From positions 26,111 through 90,110 of the forward strand of contig CAYTCJ010000002.1 of the NCBI GenBank assembly GCA_964436545.1: a stretch of 64,000 nucleotides of DNA, in the 5' to 3' direction. The notes under the pieces were generated by a model. It had not been told where the DNA came from. It did not search any database and saw nothing but the letters and a program-made list of their open reading frames with translations. Position 1 is the stretch's first letter, and each line of letters starts with the position of its first letter. Of the stretch, positions 18,166-28,269 are shown one piece after another. The stretch comes from an uncultured Candidatus Saccharibacteria bacterium. GTDB taxonomy: Bacteria > Patescibacteriota > Doudnabacteria > UBA920. A program made the translations under genes and the position numbers.

Positions 18166-21111
18166 ATGCTATTAAATCATTTAAACACAGAACAAACATC
18201 GGCTGTAGTCCACAATAGGGGACCGTTGTTAATTGTCGCCGGCGCCGGCACGGGAAAAACCACCGTAATTACCCGCCGAATTGCCTATTTAATTGAACAA
18301 AAACTGGCCAAACCGGACGAAATTTTAGCTTTAACTTTTACCGATAAGGCTTCGGGCGAAATGCAAGACAGATTGGCTGAGCTGTTGCCTTTGGGCTATT
18401 ACGATATGTGGATATCCACCTTTCACAGCTTTTGCCACAGGATTTTAGAAACTTACGGTCTGGACATTGGCTTACCTACCAACTTTAAGCTAATCAACAG
18501 CACCAAAGCTTGGATGCTAATTCATAATAATCTGGAAAAATTTGATTTGGACTATTACAAACCTTTAGGTAATCCGCAAAAATTTATTTCCACCCTCTTA
18601 AAACACTTTTCCCGTCTAAAAGATGAACTTATTTCCCCGGAAGACTATTTAGCCTATGTCAATGAGCAAAAACTGAATACCGACTCTGCGGAAAACTTGC
18701 CCACGCAAAATTCAGATGACAACGAGACTCGACTGGAGCAACAAAAAATGTCGGAGATTGCCAATGCTTTTTTTGTTTACGAAAAATTACTGCTAGAAAA
18801 TAATTTTTTAGATTTTTCCAATCTTATTAATTTTACTTACAAACTATTTACCCTCCGGCCAAATGTTTTAAAACACTACCAAAATAAATTTAAGTACGTT
18901 TTGGTGGACGAATTCCAAGATACCAATTTTGCCCAATACGAGCTGGTTAAATTACTGGCGGGCAAAAACCAAAACCTGGTGGTCGTGGGGGACGACGACC
19001 AATCAATTTACAAATTCAGAGGTGCCAGCGTTTCCAACATCTTAAAATTCAAGACAGACTTTCCCACTTTAAAACAAATTACCCTTACCGAAAACTACCG
19101 AAGCGACCAAAGAATTTTAGACTTAGCTTATAAGTTTATTCAAAACAATAACCCCGACCGGCTGGAAGTGCAGTTAAAAATTAATAAGCAATTAAAAAAC
19201 TCCGCCAAACTTAACTCACCCGATTCCGCCATAGAACTTATTTCAGCTAACGATTTGGCCGAGGAACTTCACTTGTTAGCTCAGAAAATTTTGGAAATTA
19301 AAGAAAAAAATCCCAAATCCACTTGGAATGACTTTGCCATTCTGCTCAGAAGCAATTCCTCGGCGTATGAAATCTTACCCATTTTAAATAAATTGGGCAT
19401 TCCTCATACTTTTGTAGCCAATACCGGCTTATACCAAAAACCTTTAATTGTTTTTTTAATTGCTTATTTAAACACCCTAATTAATCATGAGGACTCGTTT
19501 GCCCTCTACCAGGTTTTATGTTTTTCCCAATTTAACCTATCTCCTCACATTAATTCCTTACTGCTGTCCATTGCCCAAAAACGCACTTTGTCTTTATATC
19601 AGACCTTAAACTTTTCCCAAGCTTTAAGCGAATTACCCCAGTCCGCTCACCAAACAATTCAGAAAATTCTGCATTTATTAAATCAACATGGCAAACTGGT
19701 GCAAGAAAAAGCGGTCAACGAAGCGTTTGTCCAAATTATTTTTGATTTAAATATTAAAAATTTGTTAGAACCGGAAACCGAAGAGAATGCGCGCAACCGA
19801 GACTATTTGGAACAATTTTATAAAAAAATTGAAACTTTTACCGGCGAAAACTCAGACAAAAGTTTGCATAAATTTCTCCACCACTTAAATTTAGAAATCG
19901 AATCGGGCGATGAAGGGGAAATTAAATTCGATCCAAACGTAGGACCGGAATGTTTAAAAATTTTAACTGTCCACGCCTCCAAAGGCCTGGAGTACGCATA
20001 CGTATTTATTCCCAATCTGGTAGATTTGCGTTTTCCCACCCGCAGTAAAGGCGAAGCTATTGAAATCCCCAAAGCTCTGGTTAAAGATATACTCCCGGAA
20101 GGGGATTTCCATATGCAAGAAGAGCGCAGACTTTTTTATGTGGCCATTACTCGAGCCAAATCTAAAGTTGTCTTTTCCTGGGCTAAAGATTACGGGGGCA
20201 GTAAAAATAAAAAGCCTTCCATTTTCTTAGTGGAAACTCAATTGGTTAAAGCTGACTTAGAAAAAACCCCAACCGGAAAAGTGGTTTTCAATTCACCCCC
20301 TCAGGCCAAGCTTATTGTTAACCAGGTTTTACCCAAAACATTTTCTTTTAGCGCTTTAAAGGCCTTTGAGCACTGTCCTTTGCAGTATAAATACCAGTAC
20401 TATTTAAAATTACCCGAAGCGGGTAGCGCCTACTTTAGCTTTGGGCAAACCATTCATAAAACTTTGGAAGTTTATTTAAAAAATTACTTAGCTTTAACCG
20501 AAACCGCGCAACTTGACCTATTCACCCAGCAAAAAACCCCTGCCCAACTTGCCAGCTTGGAAGAACTTAAACAACTCTACGACCATAACTGGATAGATGA
20601 GTGGTATAACAACGCGCAAGAAAAAAATAAATATAAAGCCAAAGGTATAAAAATTTTGGAAAACTTTTATCATTTTTCTTTAGCCAATCCACCCCACCCT
20701 AAATTATTGGAAAAGTCATTTTTCCTTCCCATTGGGGATTATAAATTTACCGGTAAAATTGACCGCGCGGATAATACACAACTAGGTCTGGAAATTATAG
20801 ACTACAAAACCGGCAAAACCCCAAACAAAAAAAACCAAAAAGGGGACATTGACCAGCTGTATATTTATCAATGGGCATGCGAAGAATACTTTCACGAAAA
20901 AATTTCCAAGCTAAAGTATTGGTATTTGGAGGATAACCAATTTATTGAAGAGCCCATCGCGGACGAAGCGGACCTAACAGAGCTTAAAAGCCACCTGCTT
21001 AAAACCATTAATTTAATTGTGGATACCATTAAGTTTAATACGTTCATGGAAGAGCACGAAAAAACCAAACCGCACGAATGTAAATATCTTAATTTGGAAA
21101 ACAAACTTTGA
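18166..21111 (+). CDS. UvrD/PcrA-type superfamily I DNA helicase fused to a C-terminal PD-(D/E)XK (RecB/Cas4-like, Cys-containing) nuclease domain
   Basis: N-terminus GPLLIVAGAGTGKTTVITRRIAYL (Walker A), DEFQDTN, VVGDDDQSIYKFRGA and TENYRS helicase motifs. C-terminal region FSFSALKAFEHCPLQYKYQYYL ... IDYKTGK ... HECKYL resembles an AddB/Cas4-type nuclease. Confidence 0.85.
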   Translation: MLLNHLNTEQTSAVVHNRGPLLIVAGAGTGKTTVITRRIAYLIEQKLAKPDEILALTFTDKASGEMQDRLAELLPLGYYDMWISTFHSFCHRILETYGLDIGLPTNFKLINSTKAWMLIHNNLEKFDLDYYKPLGNPQKFISTLLKHFSRLKDELISPEDYLAYVNEQKLNTDSAENLPTQNSDDNETRLEQQKMSEIANAFFVYEKLLLENNFLDFSNLINFTYKLFTLRPNVLKHYQNKFKYVLVDEFQDTNFAQYELVKLLAGKNQNLVVVGDDDQSIYKFRGASVSNILKFKTDFPTLKQITLTENYRSDQRILDLAYKFIQNNNPDRLEVQLKINKQLKNSAKLNSPDSAIELISANDLAEELHLLAQKILEIKEKNPKSTWNDFAILLRSNSSAYEILPILNKLGIPHTFVANTGLYQKPLIVFLIAYLNTLINHEDSFALYQVLCFSQFNLSPHINSLLLSIAQKRTLSLYQTLNFSQALSELPQSAHQTIQKILHLLNQHGKLVQEKAVNEAFVQIIFDLNIKNLLEPETEENARNRDYLEQFYKKIETFTGENSDKSLHKFLHHLNLEIESGDEGEIKFDPNVGPECLKILTVHASKGLEYAYVFIPNLVDLRFPTRSKGEAIEIPKALVKDILPEGDFHMQEERRLFYVAITRAKSKVVFSWAKDYGGSKNKKPSIFLVETQLVKADLEKTPTGKVVFNSPPQAKLIVNQVLPKTFSFSALKAFEHCPLQYKYQYYLKLPEAGSAYFSFGQTIHKTLEVYLKNYLALTETAQLDLFTQQKTPAQLASLEELKQLYDHNWIDEWYNNAQEKNKYKAKGIKILENFYHFSLANPPHPKLLEKSFFLPIGDYKFTGKIDRADNTQLGLEIIDYKTGKTPNKKNQKGDIDQLYIYQWACEEYFHEKISKLKYWYLEDNQFIEEPIADEADLTELKSHLLKTINLIVDTIKFNTFMEEHEKTKPHECKYLNLENKL

Positions 21112-21136
21112 GATTGCTCTGAATTTATGGTATAAT
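21108..21136 (+). promoter_or_regulatory. Promoter with extended -10 (TTGAGA, 17-nt spacer, TGgTATAAT), giving a near-leaderless mRNA
   Basis: TTGAGA 21108-21113, TG 21128-21129, TATAAT 21131-21136. The ATG at 21147 is only ~10 nt downstream of the -10 element. Confidence 0.45.
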
Positions 21137-21146
21137 ATATAGGCAT

Positions 21147-21524
21147 ATGAGCTTTATTGTAAATACCAAATCTCAAGTAACCATCTTAATTTTCAGTTTT
21201 ATATTATCTGCGTTTTCTTTTGCTTCCATTATAAACTTTACCGATCCTTTTACCGCCAGCAAAACCATTTTTGTATTTTTTTACCTGAATTTATTTTTAC
21301 TCGTTTTTTCAGGGGTATGTTTATCGGCCTTGGTTTTAAAACGATGGTTTTGGCCTAAAATGTTTCTTTTGGATTTCGCCTCCAGTTTACGACAAGGTTT
21401 ATTATTAGGCTTTTTTTTTACAATTGCGGTTTTACTGCAAATTAACGGCTTACTCTTTTGGTGGTTGGAAATTACCCTGTTAATTTTATTAATCTTTTTA
21501 GAATTATTATTTACAATCAAATAA
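21147..21524 (+). CDS. Hypothetical polytopic membrane protein
   Basis: Four predicted TM helices. No motif recognised. Confidence 0.45.
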   Translation: MSFIVNTKSQVTILIFSFILSAFSFASIINFTDPFTASKTIFVFFYLNLFLLVFSGVCLSALVLKRWFWPKMFLLDFASSLRQGLLLGFFFTIAVLLQINGLLFWWLEITLLILLIFLELLFTIK

Positions 21525-21527
21525 ACA

Positions 21528-22985
21528 ATGACTACTCAAAACCCCGACCCAAATAATTCAGAAAATCTTAATGAGGACCCACCCTTTTTTGAAGTATCGG
21601 AAAAAACGGAAAAAACGGCAATCAATTCCAATTTGGTAAGCCCGAAAATTACGGTTAATCCGGAAGAAAAAAGTTTACTCACCGATGAACCCGGTCGAAT
21701 TAAAGTTTTACTGCTCGCACATAAATCGGTCTGGATAATTATTTTAGTTATTTTAATTTTAATTTATCCGGTGTATGCGGTTTTAAACAAATATGTCTTA
21801 ACCACCCCCGAGCCGGAAAACTTTTTAATTGACCCGAGCACCATAAAAAATCCTGAAAATGAAATTTCGGGCGAAAAAAATTCTACCCAAACTCCGAGTG
21901 AATGGCAGGTTAGGTTTTTTGGCTCAGAAAAATGTTTGCAAATCGAGCAGTGTGGCGACACCGCGGACCCGCACAACGACGGGATTTGTAATTTAAAATA
22001 TTATTAATAACACACCGACCCCAACAATCACGACTCTGACCAAGACGGACTGGCAGATGGAGACGAAGTAGCTATTTTTGGTTCAGATCCAAGTAAGACC
22101 TCCACGGCTTCAGATGATAAATACAATGACGGGCAGTATGTTAAGGGCGGTTACGACGTCTTAATTAAAGACAAGTCCTTAACCAAAGAACAACTCTACG
22201 ACATTAGCAACAAGCTCAAAGCTAATGGTATTCATTCTCCCACAGAACAAACTTTGGGAGATAGTCTGCTTAACTTGTATAATTTCTCTCAAACTAATAC
22301 GCGTGATTCAGGCAATTCGGCCAGCACGACCCCGACCCATAACCCCTTAGATGGCCTAGAAACCAGCGTGGAAGCCAAGCAAGACAGAGATACTCAAAGA
22401 AGCACAACCATAAAAAACGTTGCCATTGCTTTAGTTAAGTACTATGCCGATAAAAAAGCCTACCCAAGCCACACTGACTTTAGTAAAATGTACACGGAAG
22501 TAAAAATTTACAGTCGGGTAGCCATTAACCCCCTAGATCCGATTAATAAAGACAAATTTGTCTATACCTATAAACCGGAAAATAACAGCCAAGATTTTAC
22601 TTTAAGTTTTTTTAGCGAAACTCAAAATTTAGTTATAAAAACCAGAAGTGCCGATGGTAAAAAATACATTGAACAGGACCAGTCTGCCATTTACGATGAT
22701 CAGAGAAAAACTAACTTGGAAACCCTGCGTTCAGCGCTGTTGTTATATTCGTCTCAGCATATTAGTGGCAATCTGGAATATGTTTTTCCCACAGCCGAAC
22801 AATTACAAACCGCTTTAGTCCCCAAATTAATCAGTGAAATTCCTAAGGATCCCAAAAACAACGAAGCTTACGACTATCAAGTTTCGGAGGACTTTCAATC
22901 CTTTACGCTAAAAACATTATTAGATGCGCCACCAGTGGGTAAATCGGGGTTTTTGTGTAATCAGGAAGAATGCAGAGTTTACTAG
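21528..22985 (+). pseudogene. Membrane-anchored surface protein with Asp-rich (TSP3-like, calcium-binding-type) repeats and two tandem pilin-like globular domains, interrupted by in-frame TAA TAA at 22005-22010
   Basis: ORFs 21528-22007 and 22254-22985 are in the same frame. The 243 nt between them translate without a stop as HTDPNNHDSDQDGLADGDEVAIFGSDPS..., continuing the DTADPHNDGICN repeat that sits just before the stops. The C-terminal part has two pilin-like domains (RDTQRSTTIKNVAIALVKYY ... and DQRKTNLETLRSALLLYSS ... IPKDPKNNEAYDYQV). Confidence 0.5.
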
Positions 22986-23003
22986 AATAATGAATTAAGA
23001 ATT

Positions 23004-23420
23004 ATGAATATACTAAAAAAGTTATTTTTTTGGAAAAGAGAGAAAAAATTTCCTAACATTGTTTCCGCCAAAGTTCTAGAAATCCAAAAACACCCTAACG
23101 CCAACCGCTTGCGGGTTGTTAAACTGGATATAGGGGACAGGGTAGTGGAGCCGGTGATTTGCGGGGCTTTTAATTTTGAGGTAAATGATGTCGTGGCTTT
23201 GGCTTTACCGGGGGCCACCATTGCCCAAAACATTCATTCCCAAACTCATGAGCCGTTTGTTTTGGGCAAAGCCAAAATTCGGGGAGTGGAAAGCCAAGGC
23301 ATGATTTGTGCTGCCTTTGAGCTTGGCTTATCGGACAAAACCGGAGAGGGGATTATGTTACTAAAAAAGCATGTTGCTTTAGGCAACCAATTTTCCTCGG
23401 AAATGATCCTGAAATATTGA
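23004..23420 (+). CDS. Standalone tRNA-binding domain protein (CsaA/Trbp111/PheT-N-terminal-like OB fold)
   Basis: VSAKVLEIQKHPNANRLRVVKLDIGDRVVEPVICGAFNF ... IRGVESQGMICAAFELGL is the classic Myf/tRNA-binding-domain pattern. Confidence 0.7.
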   Translation: MNILKKLFFWKREKKFPNIVSAKVLEIQKHPNANRLRVVKLDIGDRVVEPVICGAFNFEVNDVVALALPGATIAQNIHSQTHEPFVLGKAKIRGVESQGMICAAFELGLSDKTGEGIMLLKKHVALGNQFSSEMILKY

Positions 23421-23450
23421 CAAAAATGTCAAAAATGACATAATTGACAA
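23417..23450. promoter_or_regulatory. Overlapping palindromes TTGACAaaaaTGTCAAaaaTGACAtaaTTGACAA between the tRNA-binding-protein gene and pheS (candidate promoter/operator)
   Basis: TTGACA/TGTCAA inverted repeats read directly. A possible -35 TTGACA (23417-23422) pairs with a -10 CATAAT (23439-23444). Confidence 0.35.
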
Positions 23451-24604
23451 AAGTAATTTCAATTTTACGGAAACTTACTATGAATATAGTTATAGATACT
23501 ACTGAGGAAAATTCACTTAAACAAGCCTTGGAAAAACGCACTGATTTTGAAGCTCAAAGAATCAGGCGCTATTTAAGCATGCCGGACTTATCTAGAACCG
23601 AGGGTAGTCCGCTTAAAGAAGTGGTGAGTCGGGCTTCGGCCGTTAAATCTTTACAAGGTTTTGATGTAATCCAAATTCCCGAAATTATCCCCACACATAT
23701 TATGTTTGATTTATTTAATATGCCACCCGAGCATCCGGCCAGAAGCAAATCGGATACATATTATATTGATGACACGCACGTACTAAGAACTCATGATACG
23801 GTTTTTTGGTATTACTACCTTAACCATCCGGAAATCCAAAAGCGTATTGCCAATAAAGAAAGCTTAGGCGCGATTTGTTATGGCAAAGTCTATAGAAAAG
23901 ATGAAATTGATAGTCGGCATATGAATGTCTTTCATCAATTTGGAGCATGGTACATAACCCCCGATGACAAACAAACCATCACTGCCGATGATTTAAAAAA
24001 TACCCTGTCCGATATTGCCAAGCATGTCTTTGAAACCAATTTTCGTTTTTATGAACATAATTTTCCTTATACCGATCCTTCCTTTGAAATGGAAGCTGAA
24101 ATAGATGGTAAGTGGGTGGAAATGGTGGGTTCCGGCTTGGTTAGAAAATCGGTCTTAAAAAATATGGGCCTTGAGGGCTATAATGGCTGGGCGTTTGGTT
24201 TTGGTTTGGAAAGACTGGCAATTGCCAATATGGGCTTGCCGGATATTCGGCTGTTATGGAGTGAAGACGAAAGAGTAAAAAAACAATTAAAACTGGGGCA
24301 TAAATTTGTGGAAGTAAGCAAATACCCGCCAATTACCCGAGATATTTCTTTTGTAGTAAATAATGATTTTGTGCCCAACAATTATTTTGATTTAATCAGA
24401 GAAATCGGCGGAGATATTATTGAGCAAGTAGAACTCTTGGACAAATATGAAAATGAAAAAAAATTCGGTAAAAATAAAGTAAGTTATACCTACCGCGTCG
24501 TGTACAGAAGCCCCGAACGCACCCTAAAAACCGATGAAGTAGAACCTTTGCAAAAAAAACTTTACGAACAAACCAAAGAAATTTATAAGGCTGATTTAAG
24601 ATAA
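23444..24604 (+). CDS. pheS: Phenylalanyl-tRNA synthetase alpha-type catalytic subunit fused to a C-terminal FDX-ACB (PheT-type anticodon-binding) domain
   Basis: PheS motifs HPARSKSDTYYI..LRTHDT, FHQFGAW and GWAFGFGLERLAIANMGLPDIRLLW. The C-terminal ~95 aa (FVEVSKYPPITRDISFVV ... LLDKYENEK ... YRSPERTLKTDEV) match the ferredoxin-fold anticodon-binding domain found at the PheT C-terminus and in mitochondrial PheRS. The true start may be at 23480 (MNIV...) if the promoter above is real. Confidence 0.8.
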   Translation: MTKVISILRKLTMNIVIDTTEENSLKQALEKRTDFEAQRIRRYLSMPDLSRTEGSPLKEVVSRASAVKSLQGFDVIQIPEIIPTHIMFDLFNMPPEHPARSKSDTYYIDDTHVLRTHDTVFWYYYLNHPEIQKRIANKESLGAICYGKVYRKDEIDSRHMNVFHQFGAWYITPDDKQTITADDLKNTLSDIAKHVFETNFRFYEHNFPYTDPSFEMEAEIDGKWVEMVGSGLVRKSVLKNMGLEGYNGWAFGFGLERLAIANMGLPDIRLLWSEDERVKKQLKLGHKFVEVSKYPPITRDISFVVNNDFVPNNYFDLIREIGGDIIEQVELLDKYENEKKFGKNKVSYTYRVVYRSPERTLKTDEVEPLQKKLYEQTKEIYKADLR

Positions 24605-24711
24605 TGGTGTTAGTATGTTATTAATGCTTATTTAAAGGAATTTTAGCCATTTTGATACTGGAAATTTAATTAATATTATGCTAAGATTACTTAGCAAAGC
24701 TACACAAAATT

Positions 24712-25068
24712 ATGAAGGACAAAATTACATTTTTTCCTCTAAGCCCAGAAGAGCAAGTGGGTGACCTATATGAAGGAAAAATTAATCCTTGGTATATAGA
24801 AAAAATGAGGTCGCTAGGCTTTACAGACAATGACATTGAACACAAAATAAGAAAGGCAATGTCTGAGGCGATCCAATTAACTCGAGCTCAAAAATTTAAA
24901 ATAGGAGATATGGTAGGTCATCCTACTTTAAGTAAAGCTACAGCAATTATTTCAATCGATAAAGAACAAAGGTTTGCAGAAGTGTTAGATTCCGATACAA
25001 AAAAAGTAAAAGAAGTAAATTGTTCTGAACTTTTTAACCCGAAAATTTTTCTGCAGTTATTAAAATGA
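24712..25068 (+). CDS. Hypothetical 118-aa protein
   Basis: ORF only. Confidence 0.4.
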   Translation: MKDKITFFPLSPEEQVGDLYEGKINPWYIEKMRSLGFTDNDIEHKIRKAMSEAIQLTRAQKFKIGDMVGHPTLSKATAIISIDKEQRFAEVLDSDTKKVKEVNCSELFNPKIFLQLLK

Positions 25069-25076
25069 CAATTTGA

Positions 25077-27149
<2,073 letters not shown>

Positions 27150-27211
27150 TTGCCTTTACCCTAAGCTTATCAAAGAGTCAAAACTTGGATATTAAATAAA
27201 TAAAAATTTTT

Positions 27212-27463
27212 ATGCTTGATTTTAGTGGTTTAGCGGTGGTGCTTGGATTTTGGATTTTGCAAACCTTATTGCTAGGAATTCTTTATTTAGTAAGTTTTAT
27301 TTTTATAATTAAGTTAAAAAAATCAGGCAAGCTTGGACCACTAAGTCAATTTCACAGTATATCAATTTTTCTAATTTGGACTTGTGTTTTTTTAATTTTA
27401 TCTTTGTTGTTAATTGACAAAATTGAAAACTTAACAAAATTTTTATACGTTATGTTTTTTTAA
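27212..27463 (+). CDS. Hypothetical small membrane protein (83 aa)
   Basis: Two hydrophobic helices. ORF only. Confidence 0.3.
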   Translation: MLDFSGLAVVLGFWILQTLLLGILYLVSFIFIIKLKKSGKLGPLSQFHSISIFLIWTCVFLILSLLLIDKIENLTKFLYVMFF

Positions 27464-27563
27464 TATCGTATCTAAAATCACACATTATTTTATTGAACAA
27501 TTTTGTTAACAAAAATACTTTACATTGACACAAATATTAAAATAGATTAACATGTATCAAGTA

Positions 27564-27586
27564 ATTCCGTCCTTTGGACGGAATTA
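27564..27586. promoter_or_regulatory. Perfect hairpin AATTCCGTCC-TTTG-GGACGGAATT in the greA leader region
   Basis: Read directly from the sequence. 10-bp stem. Confidence 0.35.
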
Positions 27587-27619
27587 TATTTATCAATAAT
27601 TGTTATATTTGTCATCCTA

Positions 27620-27635
27620 TCCGCCAACTGGCGGA
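27620..27635. promoter_or_regulatory. 16-bp palindrome TCCGCCAACTGGCGGA (copy 2 of 2; one central mismatch)
   Basis: Near-identical to 5736-5751. Lies 45 nt upstream of the greA start. Confidence 0.3.
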
Positions 27636-27678
27636 TCATTTCAGGATTCAATTTACAAATATAGATTCCTAAACAACC

Positions 27679-28140
27679 ATGTCTAAAAAATATTTACTTA
27701 CTCCCGAAGGTTTGGAAAAACTCAATAAAGAACTCAAAGATTTGGTAGAAAATAAACGTAAAGAAGTAATTGAAAGAATCAGGGAGGCGGCGGCTCACGG
27801 CGATTTAAGCGAGAATGCCGACTATGCGCAAGCCCGTGAAGAGCAAAGTTTTATTGAAGGCAGAATTGCAGAAATTGAAGACATCATTAAAAATGCGGAA
27901 ATTATTTCCCAGACTTCACACGGCACCGTGGTGAACGTGGGGACTACCGTAATTGTAAAAGTCAGCGGGCAAGAAAAAAAATACACCATTGTGGGTAGCA
28001 ACGAAGCCAACCCCAAAGAAGGTAAAATCTCCAACGAATCCACGGTAGGCAAGGCCTTATTGGGTAAAAAAACCGGAGAAAAATTTATTGTCCAAACCCC
28101 GGCAGGAGAAGTGGAATATCAAGTTGTAAGCATTGAATAA
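27679..28140 (+). CDS. greA: Transcription elongation factor GreA
   Basis: N-terminal coiled coil (LTPEGLEKLNKELKDLVENKRKEV..AAAHGDLSENADY) and C-terminal FKBP-like domain. Confidence 0.9.
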   Translation: MSKKYLLTPEGLEKLNKELKDLVENKRKEVIERIREAAAHGDLSENADYAQAREEQSFIEGRIAEIEDIIKNAEIISQTSHGTVVNVGTTVIVKVSGQEKKYTIVGSNEANPKEGKISNESTVGKALLGKKTGEKFIVQTPAGEVEYQVVSIE

Positions 28141-28155
28141 TCAATATACAAATTA

Positions 28156-28197
28156 ACAAGGGTCATCTTGGCTTTTTGCCAAGATGACCCTTGTTTT
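28156..28197 (+). terminator. Strong rho-independent terminator after greA (17-bp stem, then TTTT)
   Basis: ACAAGGGTCATCTTGGC-TTTTT-GCCAAGATGACCCTTGT followed by TTTT. Confidence 0.7.
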
Positions 28198-28269
28198 AAA
28201 ACCTAGCAATCCCAATTGGCAAACTGCTGATTTTTTTGTTATACTGATTAAAATTTAATCTTCAAAATT

